NCBI GenBank assembly: GCA_011523505.1
Contig: WTGP01000046.1
Span: forward strand, 5,046 to 69,045
DNA from: Gammaproteobacteria bacterium
Lineage (GTDB): Bacteria > Pseudomonadota > Gammaproteobacteria > Steroidobacterales > Foliamicaceae
Direction of reading: 5' to 3'
DNA length: 64,000 bases
Shown here: positions 45,198 through 53,146 of the stretch, piece after piece
Numbering within the stretch: position 1 is the stretch's first letter
Layout: each line of letters starts with the position of its first letter
Notes under the pieces: generated by a model
What the model saw: the letters and a program-made list of their open reading frames with translations, nothing else
Databases searched by the model: none
What the model was told of the DNA's origin: nothing
Position numbers and translations under genes: made by a program

Positions 45198-46182
45198 CCC
45201 CGCCCGGGCCGAACGCGCTCTCGTCTGCTGAAATGACGGCGTCGAGGAACTGTCTGGCCAGCGCGGCAACTTCCTCGGGCGCCTCCAGGGGAGGGTAGTG
45301 ATTGACGTCATCGAGCTTGTCCACCCGCACAGTCGTGGAAGCGAGCCGGCCGGCAAGCAGTTCGAGAGTATCCGGCGGCAACACCGGATCCAGCATTCCC
45401 CAGATGAGTTGCGTGGGCGCCTTCACGGCGCCGAGAAAACGCCGTACCTCGCTGTCGTCGCGCATGATCGCCGTCATGCTGGTGAACTCGGAAGCACCCG
45501 GGCGGCGATTCAGGTCGTAGTACTCGGTGACCAGCGCATCGGTTACACGCTCCCGCCGTTCGAAATACGCGCTCAGAAAATCACGCCAGCAGGTTCGGGA
45601 AAACGGTCTTGCGTAGCGGACGCACGCGCCCATGGACCAACGCAGCTTCAGCGGCAGACGCGCCCGTGCTCCCTCGTTATCGACCGGCGCCGACGGCGGA
45701 ATGTTCGACAGAATGACGGCGCGAACACGCTCCGGATAGGTCGCCGCGAACCGATAGGCAATGATCCCCCCGCTGGACGTCCCGAGCAAGGCAACCGGGC
45801 CGACACCCAAGCGGTCGAGGAACTCGCTCAGGAAGGCTTCGGAAGTGAGAAAAAATTCCGGCGGGACGGGGCCCGACAATCCCGAGGGCGGTTGGTCATA
45901 ACGAATGGTCCGGTAGCCGTCGCCGAGCTCCCGCACCATATCGTCGAACATCCGCAGGCTGCCGAATGAGCCGTGCAGCAGCACGAGCACCGGGCCGCTG
46001 CCTTCGTCACGATAATTGACGTCCACGCCGGCAACCTCGACCTGCCGGGAACCCTCGCCGTACCGGGTCTGTACTTCGGCAAAGCCGATCGGCGGCGCAC
46101 TGCGCCGCGCGGCGAAGAACTGCGCGCTAACCAGGAGCGCAACGGCTGCTGCGCACGCCACGACTATCCAAAGGGCCCGCAC
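45139..46182 (-). CDS. Membrane-anchored/secreted alpha/beta hydrolase (H1)
   Basis: N-terminal hydrophobic segment. VNYRDEGSGPVLVLLHGS, nucleophile elbow LLGTSSGG, C-terminal NHYPPLEAP. The 3' tail overlaps the convergent iclR by 59 nt. Confidence 0.85.
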   Translation of the reverse strand: MRALWIVVACAAAVALLVSAQFFAARRSAPPIGFAEVQTRYGEGSRQVEVAGVDVNYRDEGSGPVLVLLHGSFGSLRMFDDMVRELGDGYRTIRYDQPPSGLSGPVPPEFFLTSEAFLSEFLDRLGVGPVALLGTSSGGIIAYRFAATYPERVRAVILSNIPPSAPVDNEGARARLPLKLRWSMGACVRYARPFSRTCWRDFLSAYFERRERVTDALVTEYYDLNRRPGASEFTSMTAIMRDDSEVRRFLGAVKAPTQLIWGMLDPVLPPDTLELLAGRLASTTVRVDKLDDVNHYPPLEAPEEVAALARQFLDAVISADESAFGPGGVTVPPSPNPAFSDRSRASH

Positions 46183-46206
46183 AGGCGGAAAGCCCCCGGT
46201 TATTCG

Positions 46207-48561
46207 TCAGAACCGGAAGGTACCGCGAACGCCGAATGCGCGCTTGAACGGAAGTCCAGACACGAAGGCACGCTGGAAATTGTCCAGGTCGGTGTTGATG
46301 GACACGTAGTAGTAAGTGTCGTCATCGAACAGGTTTGTGACATAGGCCTCCACGCGGTAGCTTTCCGCCTCCACGCCCAAGCGCAGGTGCACGAGGTTCC
46401 GATCGCCGGTTTCCAATACGTTCGCCTGGGTAGCGTACTTGGTGGACTCGTACAAATACTCGCCGCGCACAAACCCGTCCATTCGCCCCCCGAACACCGG
46501 CCGCGTGTATGTGGCCGTGGCTGAACCGGTAAATTCCGGCGTCCAGTGCGCCTGGTTGCCCAAGTGGTCCGTGTTGCTTGCCAGGGCACCATTGCTTACA
46601 CAGAGGTTGCAGATGCCTTCCACGAACTCGGTGCTGTTGCGGGCAAAGGCGCCGGTAAGCAGCCAATGCTCCGTAAGCTGGAAGCGCGCCTCCAGTTCCA
46701 TCCCGTTGATGTCGAGCTGGCCGACATTGGTGGTAATGCCGACAGGGTTCTCAAGTCCATCCTCGTCGTCAATAAAATAGCCTATCTGCTGCACCTGCTG
46801 GTCCGTGAGCTCCCCCCAATAGCCGACCAGCGAGGCCTGCAGCCGTCCTTCCAGCAGCGTGCCCTTCACGCCCAACTCATACTGATCGAGCGTTTCCGGT
46901 TCGACTGCAAGTTGTGCCCCGGAGTTCCGCTCAAGGCTCGCGGCTTCGGCGGCGGAGAGGGTGACGATGATGGAGTTGAAAGTGCCGGGCCGGAATCCGC
47001 GCGCGTAGTTGGCGAACAGCATGAGATCGTTGTCGGTCTGGTACTGGATCGTGACCCGGCCTCCCACGTCGTTGAATTCCGTCTCAAGGTCTCCGGACGG
47101 CACGCTGACCTCGTCGTTCTGATAGCGAACCTCGCCGCTTACCGTGAGTTTTTCGGTGAAATCGTAATAGACGCCTCCGAAGATGCCCCGCGTCGATACT
47201 TCCTGAATGGGACGGCAGGTAAACCCGCGGGGCGCAAAAAACACGCCCGCCACGCAGGAGGGCACGCCTTCGCTCGTGACGATGTTGGCGCCTGCCGTCC
47301 AGCGGAATGAACCCTCGCCCCCGGAAGACAGCCGTGCCTCATGCGAGGAATTCTCGGCGTAACGTTCCACCATAAACGTATCAGCGAGTGCGGAAGTGGG
47401 TAGTCTGGGAAGCGTATTCTCGTCGCTGACCATCATCGTTTTCGTCTCATTGAAGCCGCTGATCCAGTCAAGGATCATACCGCCGGGCAAATCCGCTGTA
47501 GCTGAGAAAGTCCCGCCCTGAACGCGCTTGGCCAGCCCCATCTTTTCGATGAACACGCCCTCGTCATCGATCTGCCTCGACGAGGAATCGGAATAAAGCG
47601 AGTAGGCCTCGATCACATCCCGAACGTAGTTGTAGTTGCTTGAGTAGCCGGGTGAAAACGCATCATTGTGGCCCACCATCGACTCTGCAACGCTCACATC
47701 GGGCGGTGTCCCGCAGCGATAAGTGGCGCTTCCGTTGCCGTTGGAATCGCAGTTCGCGAAACTGCTCGGGAAGCGGAACGAGGGCTGGGGCCCATCGTCG
47801 ATCTCGATGTCCTCGAGCCTGAGCTTGAGCTTCAGCGTTTCGGTGGGCGTAGCCAGGAACGTTGCGACCAGCGACCGGGTTTCCTCGTCGCCGATTTCGC
47901 GCTCGCCGGTACGGTTGTTCTTGAAATGTCCTCCCTTCTTGTTGTTCCTGGCGGTGAGGCGAACACTCAAACGGTCGGCGACAATCGGTCCTTCCACTGA
48001 CAGCGACAGGTCCGCGGTGCCGAACCTGTCGAGGTCCAGGCCCACCGAGCCGCCGAACTCCTCACCGGGATCCTTGGTGACCATGTTCACGGCGCCGGAC
48101 AGCGTGTTGCGTCCGAAGTAGGCCGTCTGGGGCCCCCTGAGGACTTCCACGCGAACGACATCCACAAAGCTGCCGACCTCTCCGCCGAACACGGGCGCAC
48201 CGTCCACGAAAAACAGCGCCGGCGCCGACGAACTCGAGACACCGAGGATGTTCAGCCCGCGGATGATGATGTTCGGCACGCCACGGTCCGCGCGGTTGGC
48301 GGAGGCGTTCTGATAGGTCAGTCCCGGAGTGAACAGCGACATGTCCACAAAGTTCTTGAGGTTGGATATGTCCAGGTCCTCCTCAGAAAACGCGGATACG
48401 GCAAACGGGATGTCCACCAGCGCCTCCTCGCGCTTTCGCGCGGTGACCACGATCTCTTCCAGCCCCACCTGGGCGTAGACCCTGGTTTCGGGCAAGAGCA
48501 AGCTCGCGGTTACGACTGTGCAAAGCGCGAATAGCCCAATGCGATTCAGTGTCCTGGACAT
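46207..48561 (-). CDS. TonB-dependent receptor (T3)
   Basis: I prefer the ATG at 48561 (MSRTLNRIGLFALCTVVTASLLLPETRVYAQ) with SD gaaggagg. Plug EEIVVTARKREEALVDIPFAVSAF, C-terminal ...GVRGTFRF. Confidence 0.9.
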   Translation of the reverse strand: MSRTLNRIGLFALCTVVTASLLLPETRVYAQVGLEEIVVTARKREEALVDIPFAVSAFSEEDLDISNLKNFVDMSLFTPGLTYQNASANRADRGVPNIIIRGLNILGVSSSSAPALFFVDGAPVFGGEVGSFVDVVRVEVLRGPQTAYFGRNTLSGAVNMVTKDPGEEFGGSVGLDLDRFGTADLSLSVEGPIVADRLSVRLTARNNKKGGHFKNNRTGEREIGDEETRSLVATFLATPTETLKLKLRLEDIEIDDGPQPSFRFPSSFANCDSNGNGSATYRCGTPPDVSVAESMVGHNDAFSPGYSSNYNYVRDVIEAYSLYSDSSSRQIDDEGVFIEKMGLAKRVQGGTFSATADLPGGMILDWISGFNETKTMMVSDENTLPRLPTSALADTFMVERYAENSSHEARLSSGGEGSFRWTAGANIVTSEGVPSCVAGVFFAPRGFTCRPIQEVSTRGIFGGVYYDFTEKLTVSGEVRYQNDEVSVPSGDLETEFNDVGGRVTIQYQTDNDLMLFANYARGFRPGTFNSIIVTLSAAEAASLERNSGAQLAVEPETLDQYELGVKGTLLEGRLQASLVGYWGELTDQQVQQIGYFIDDEDGLENPVGITTNVGQLDINGMELEARFQLTEHWLLTGAFARNSTEFVEGICNLCVSNGALASNTDHLGNQAHWTPEFTGSATATYTRPVFGGRMDGFVRGEYLYESTKYATQANVLETGDRNLVHLRLGVEAESYRVEAYVTNLFDDDTYYYVSINTDLDNFQRAFVSGLPFKRAFGVRGTFRF

Positions 48562-48653
48562 GGCGGCCTCCTTCGAATCTCCCATCCCGCGTTCTCCAGT
48601 ATTGCACGATTTCCACGAAATGACGCTGGATTTGGGATCAATGTTTGCCAAAA

Positions 48654-48669
48654 ATTCCATTTTTGGAAT
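48654..48669. promoter_or_regulatory. Box 2 of the palindrome family (ATTCCATTTTTGGAAT; 7-bp arms AATTCCA/TGGAATT at 48653-48670)
   Basis: Read directly. It lies in the 159-bp gap between A2 (stop 48721) and T3 (start 48561), 93 nt upstream of the T3 ATG. Confidence 0.65.
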
Positions 48670-48720
48670 TACCGGCCGAATCCCAATACGCCCTAAGGCG
48701 ACTGCCTCTTCGCCCATACC

Positions 48721-49803
48721 CTATGAGAGACCGAACAATGCCTGTGCGTTGTCGCTCAGTATCCGTCTCTTCTGTTCGTCGGTGACATCCCTCCGGCCGA
48801 GGAATTTTCTCTGCACGAAAATCGATTCGTCGACGTCTCCCGGATGGCCGTAATCGCTTCCAAGGACGAGATTGGCGTCTCCGGCGTACTGAAGGATCAA
48901 CGGCAGTTCTTCGTGTTCCTCGCAGGTGACATAGAGGTTGCGCTCCCGCATCACCGACTGCGTGAATTCCTTTCGGTCGCGATGGTCGCGGACCTTGTGC
49001 GCCTGCACCACGAGGTAGGTCAGCCATGACGAACCGATCTCGAAGAAACCGAACCTGAGTTTGGGAAACACGGTCGATATCTCACTCGTCGCGATTGCGG
49101 TGAACGACATGAGCGTCGGCACGGACATGTGAAACCGGGAAGGGCGGTCCTCGGTGTTGCGCCGGATCTGCCGGAACGCGGGGCTGGCATTGCCGATGTG
49201 AACGCAGATCGGAAGGTCGAGATCTTCGGCAACGCGATAGAGGGGATAAAAATTTGGGTGGTCCACGGGCCGGTTGCCTTCGAGTCCGCGCAGATGTATG
49301 CCGACCGCACCGCGGTCCTTGCACCAGGCGATCTCCTTGAGCGTCTCGTCCATGTTCTTCAGCGAAGGCTGCATCACCCAGCGCAGCCGCCCGTTGCCGC
49401 CGCTGCAGCGATCGGCGAGAAAGCGGTTATAGGCCCGCGAGAGCGCCAGTTCCACGGCGGGAGATTCGGGCGCGAGCGCCAGGAACAGGCTCGGGAAGAT
49501 GACGTGCATGTCGACGCCCTGCAGGTCCATGGCCTTGAGACGCTCATCGGGATCGGTCATGCCGAGGGCCCCGGGCTTGACCTCTCCGCCGGAGAATTCC
49601 TCGATCATCTCCAGGTTGGTGCGGGCGTACAACTGCCCGTCGATGGCCCACACCGAGGTCATGGGCGCCTGTATTGGGGGCACCATGATCCCCTCGTCCA
49701 GTTCGATCGCCTGCGGGCGATGAACCCGCTCCTTCTCGGTCATGTGCTCCCAGATCGCGGCGGTCTCGATCAGGTGGGTATCGGCGTCGATAATTTTCGG
49801 CAC
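48721..49803 (-). CDS. Amidohydrolase-2 paralogue A2
   Basis: Clear paralogue of A1 (KIIDADTHLIE, ICVHIGNAS, GSDYGHPGD). The track start is a TTG at 49836. I prefer the GTG at 49803 (V-PKIIDADTH), 4 nt after the H2 stop. Confidence 0.85.
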   Translation of the reverse strand: MPKIIDADTHLIETAAIWEHMTEKERVHRPQAIELDEGIMVPPIQAPMTSVWAIDGQLYARTNLEMIEEFSGGEVKPGALGMTDPDERLKAMDLQGVDMHVIFPSLFLALAPESPAVELALSRAYNRFLADRCSGGNGRLRWVMQPSLKNMDETLKEIAWCKDRGAVGIHLRGLEGNRPVDHPNFYPLYRVAEDLDLPICVHIGNASPAFRQIRRNTEDRPSRFHMSVPTLMSFTAIATSEISTVFPKLRFGFFEIGSSWLTYLVVQAHKVRDHRDRKEFTQSVMRERNLYVTCEEHEELPLILQYAGDANLVLGSDYGHPGDVDESIFVQRKFLGRRDVTDEQKRRILSDNAQALFGLS

Positions 49804-49807
49804 GGCA

Positions 49808-50770
49808 TTATTCCAGTGAATCGAGAAACTTCTCAAGATCGGCGGTAAACAGATCCGGATCCTCCCACATGGGAAAGTGCCCGAACTGAGGATAGCTGAT
49901 GACCGTCAGCGGCGCTTGACTGAATCTTTCGATAGTAGCCTCAAGGGACTGATATATAACGGTATCCTGTTCACACCATTGCAAGAGCACCGGTACCGTT
50001 ACGTTCTCCGCGAGCGCCCCGACATCCATGGTGCGGAACAATTCGACATTGGATGCGATGTATTCTCTCTGGCGCTGCGCGGCGCCCGGCAGATTGTTGG
50101 CGTCGTAGATCATGTCGATCATCTCGTCGGGAGGCGCGAAACCCGGCGGCGTGGTGTCCTCCAGGACCAGGCGCCACCAGTACTTCGAGCGGTAATCCGG
50201 CAGGAACCGGTTGTGAAACCAGCCCAGGGCCCGGATGCGCCAATCGACCTTGCGGGTCTGGCTCGGCCGCTCGAGCGGCAGGACCGACATCGCCATGGCC
50301 CGCACGCGGCCGGGGTAGCGCGCGTAATAGTCGAGCGCCACGTTGACTCCATTCGAGGTTGCGAGGATCGTAAAGGGCTCCAGGTCCAGGTGCTCCACCA
50401 GCCCGGCCACGATGTCGGCCGCCCGCGCCGTCGTCAGGATCCCCCTGGGGTCGGGCTCCGTGAAGCCGTAGGGAGGCCAGTCCAGCCGGACGACCCGAAA
50501 GCGGCCCTTCAGCCGGTCCGCTATCGGGCTCCATTCGTGCATATTCAGAATGCTGCCGTGGAGCATCAGGACGACCGGCCCGCGGCCTTCGATTCGCACA
50601 TGGACATTGACGCCATCGATATTCACAAATGTTGACGGAGGCGCCGCCCAGCGCGCCTTGACGGTCTCGTAATCGGTGTCCCACCAGCCGATCCGCATGG
50701 ATCCCACGAGCGCGACCAACACGGCTGCGACCACGACAACAACGGAGATTGTTCGCTTGAACAGGCTCAT
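49808..50770 (-). CDS. Membrane-anchored alpha/beta hydrolase (H2)
   Basis: N-terminal TM ISVVVVVAAVLVALV. GRGPVVLMLHGS, variant elbow ILATSNG (AxSxG), C-terminal GHFPMWEDP. ATGA overlap with the upstream M24 gene. Confidence 0.85.
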   Translation of the reverse strand: MSLFKRTISVVVVVAAVLVALVGSMRIGWWDTDYETVKARWAAPPSTFVNIDGVNVHVRIEGRGPVVLMLHGSILNMHEWSPIADRLKGRFRVVRLDWPPYGFTEPDPRGILTTARAADIVAGLVEHLDLEPFTILATSNGVNVALDYYARYPGRVRAMAMSVLPLERPSQTRKVDWRIRALGWFHNRFLPDYRSKYWWRLVLEDTTPPGFAPPDEMIDMIYDANNLPGAAQRQREYIASNVELFRTMDVGALAENVTVPVLLQWCEQDTVIYQSLEATIERFSQAPLTVISYPQFGHFPMWEDPDLFTADLEKFLDSLE

Positions 50771-52011
50771 ACCGTGATCACCGGTTCGCCGATGTCATGC
50801 AGCGGCTCCGCTCCCTCTGCCGTAATCAGCATCAGGTCCTCGATGTGCGCGGAACCGCCGACGCCCGTGTCCATGACCGGGCAATCGACGCTGAGGATCA
50901 TGTTTTCACGCAATGTCAGGTCCAGCTTTCCGAAGAAGCCCCCGGCATCGCGGCCGGGCTCGTCCGTGTGCATCAGCCCTACGCTGTGCGGGCCGATTCC
51001 GACGGCGACGTTGAAACCCCCCTTGCGTACCGCATCCTGCCCGAGGGCGGCAATGTCGCTGTAGCGCATTCCCGGACGCAGTCGTTCACGGATTGACTGC
51101 CATGCATGCGAGACGGCCTGCGCCGCCCTCCGCGCAGCGGGTACCGGCTCGCCGACGAACACGGTGCGCGCGTAGTCGCCGTGGTAGTGGTGAGAATGGC
51201 TGACTCCGTCGATGAAGAATGCCTGTCCGTCCGAGATCACGCCGTCCGACAATTCGGAGGATACCCGGTCGACGTTCAGAAAGAGGGCGCGATTGCCGAG
51301 CCGGGCTGCCTCGACCTCGAACAAATGCCGCAGTTCGGAATGGCTCGCCCCCGCGCGCACAGCCTGGCCGACCGCGTTGACGGCGCCGACATTGGCGATC
51401 GCGGCGCGCCGCATCAACCGGACTTCCAGCGGAGACTTGATCAGTCGAATCCACCTGAGGATGTTATCGCCCGGCACGATCTCGCCAGGATGGCCGTGGC
51501 GCTCGCAGACCGCAGCCGTGACGACGTGATCGCAGGCGATACGGCCCTGCCAGAGTCCCATCTCCTTCATCGCACGTACGAGGGCCGCTCCGGCGTCGGC
51601 GCTTGTGCCGCGCGCTGCCGTAGCCGCATCGAGCGCCTGGCGCCGCCGCCGTTCGACAGGCGACAGCGGCGCCTGTTTGCGGTCCGGGAATTCGGCCCCC
51701 AGCATGTCCGGCGGCAGCAGAGCTTCACTTTCGCTGTCGTCGTCGGCCTCCTGATACAGGTAGACCTGAACGTCGCTCGCGAAACCACCGTCCACGTAGG
51801 TGTAATAGTAGATAAAACGGGAGGCCACGAGGCCCGGTTTCTGGCGCGCGTCCCGCGATAACAGGGCAAAAGTGGTCGGCGGTTGCCCCATGCGCGTCTT
51901 GCCCAGTTGGGGCCAGTACCCCAGCGCGTGGTACACGTTCACCGGTTCCCCGAGCACGAGGCCCTGGAGGTCGAATTCGTCCATGACCTCGAAGGCGCGT
52001 TCCAGATTCAT
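50767..52011 (-). CDS. M24-family hydrolase (creatinase / Xaa-Pro dipeptidase / ectoine-hydrolase-like)
   Basis: The track ORF extends to 52401. I prefer the ATG at 52011 (MNLERAFEVMDEFDLQGLVLGEP, a creatinase_N-like start). C-terminal pita-bread motifs: FIDGVSHSHHYHGDYARTV, GPHSVGLMHTDEP, ILSVDCPV, SAHIEDLMLIT. The start is uncertain. Confidence 0.7.
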   Translation of the reverse strand: MNLERAFEVMDEFDLQGLVLGEPVNVYHALGYWPQLGKTRMGQPPTTFALLSRDARQKPGLVASRFIYYYTYVDGGFASDVQVYLYQEADDDSESEALLPPDMLGAEFPDRKQAPLSPVERRRRQALDAATAARGTSADAGAALVRAMKEMGLWQGRIACDHVVTAAVCERHGHPGEIVPGDNILRWIRLIKSPLEVRLMRRAAIANVGAVNAVGQAVRAGASHSELRHLFEVEAARLGNRALFLNVDRVSSELSDGVISDGQAFFIDGVSHSHHYHGDYARTVFVGEPVPAARRAAQAVSHAWQSIRERLRPGMRYSDIAALGQDAVRKGGFNVAVGIGPHSVGLMHTDEPGRDAGGFFGKLDLTLRENMILSVDCPVMDTGVGGSAHIEDLMLITAEGAEPLHDIGEPVITV

Positions 52012-52155
52012 AGGCCCCTGCTCGCGGAGCAGGCGAGTGAGCTCCGCGTCCTTGCTGCGGAGATCCTTCCGTAAGGCTGCCTCTGATCCAGTCACTGTTT
52101 CCCGCCTGCCGCACGCCCCTGGCATATTATGACGACGCTCCGGAGCGGAGACCAC

Positions 52156-53022
52156 GTGAACGACATTGAACGCCAGTTTGTCGCACTGCGCGAGGGACAG
52201 TTGCATCTGCGTCGCCTTGAGGGGCAGGCCGAGGGCGCAAATCCGGCCGTGCCGGCCGTTTTGCTGCTTCACCCTTCTCCGGCATCGTCGTGGTTCATGC
52301 AGGGCCTGATGGTCGAACTGCGTAAGGCCGGCTGCAACGCAACGCTTATCGCACCCGACACGCTCGGTAATGGCGACTCGGCGCCACCCGGCATCGATCA
52401 CCCCGACATCGCCTACTTCGCCGACAGCATGTGCCGCATGATCGACGAACTTGCGCTCGAACGCGTGGACCTGTACGGCTCACACACCGGTGCGCGGATC
52501 GCCTGTGAGTTCGCCGCGGCCTGCCCGGATCGCGTTCGACGGGTCGTGCTCGACGGCATCATCGAGTATGACGACGACATGCGCAACGCCATCATCGAGA
52601 ACTATGCGCCGCGCGTCGAGCCGGATGAGTTCGGACGGCATTTCGTCTGGGCGTTCAACTTCGTTCGCGACCAGGCGCTGCATTTTCCGTGGTTCATGCG
52701 CGACCCGGAGCACCGCCTCGGTGGGCCCGTGCCTCCCCCGGCGGTCCTCCACCGGGCAGCGCTCGACGTGCTGAAGGCGCTCGACACCTACGCGGACCCG
52801 TACATCGCGGCCTTCGAATACCGGGCCTATGAGCGCCTGCCGCAGATCGAGGCGCCGGTGCTGCTCCTGAAGCCCGACAGCGAATTGCCGGTCCTGCAAG
52901 CCGCTGTCGCTAAGGCGGCGAGTCTGTTGCGCGATGGGCGTATCGCTACGGTACCCGGCGGTGACACGTCCAAAGCCGAGGCTATCGCTGACTTTCTGGC
53001 TGCCGTGCTGCGGAACGAATGA
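52156..53022 (+). CDS. Cytoplasmic alpha/beta-fold protein (H6) with an atypical nucleophile elbow
   Basis: AVLLLHPSPASS..., elbow LYGSHTGARIA, no signal peptide. I prefer the GTG at 52156 (SD ggagcggaga); the track ATG at 52129 is an alternative. Confidence 0.7.
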   Translation: MNDIERQFVALREGQLHLRRLEGQAEGANPAVPAVLLLHPSPASSWFMQGLMVELRKAGCNATLIAPDTLGNGDSAPPGIDHPDIAYFADSMCRMIDELALERVDLYGSHTGARIACEFAAACPDRVRRVVLDGIIEYDDDMRNAIIENYAPRVEPDEFGRHFVWAFNFVRDQALHFPWFMRDPEHRLGGPVPPPAVLHRAALDVLKALDTYADPYIAAFEYRAYERLPQIEAPVLLLKPDSELPVLQAAVAKAASLLRDGRIATVPGGDTSKAEAIADFLAAVLRNE

Positions 53023-53027
53023 GTCAG

Positions 53028-53105
53028 TAATACAAGTACAGGACCGCAGCCCTCGTCACGATAGTTGACGATCAGGCCGGCCGCTTCGAGGCGTGGGCCT
53101 GGCAC
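53028..53105 (-). pseudogene. Relic (~22 codons) of an H1-type alpha/beta-hydrolase gene downstream of TBDR T4
   Basis: The minus-strand frame reads ...RLEAAGLIVNYRDEGCGPVLVLL, against H1 VEVAGVDVNYRDEGSGPVLVLLHGS. The DNA is also visibly similar (gtcaactatcgtgacgagggctgcggtcct vs gtcaattatcgtgacgaaggcagcggcccg). It has no TM/N-terminus and no catalytic part. The position mirrors T3 followed by H1. Confidence 0.5.
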
Positions 53106-53146
53106 CGTCCTCTACTGCAATGCGTCAAAGCAGTCCGATCGCAATC

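Noticed and set aside
52123-52131. ORF-track-compatible starts that would put the M24 gene (ATG at 52125, minus) and H6 (ATG at 52129, plus) back-to-back, only 3 nt apart.
   Set aside because: This leaves no room for divergent promoters. Internal starts (ATG 52011 and GTG 52156, the latter with a good SD) give N-termini that match the respective families and a ~140-bp promoter region.
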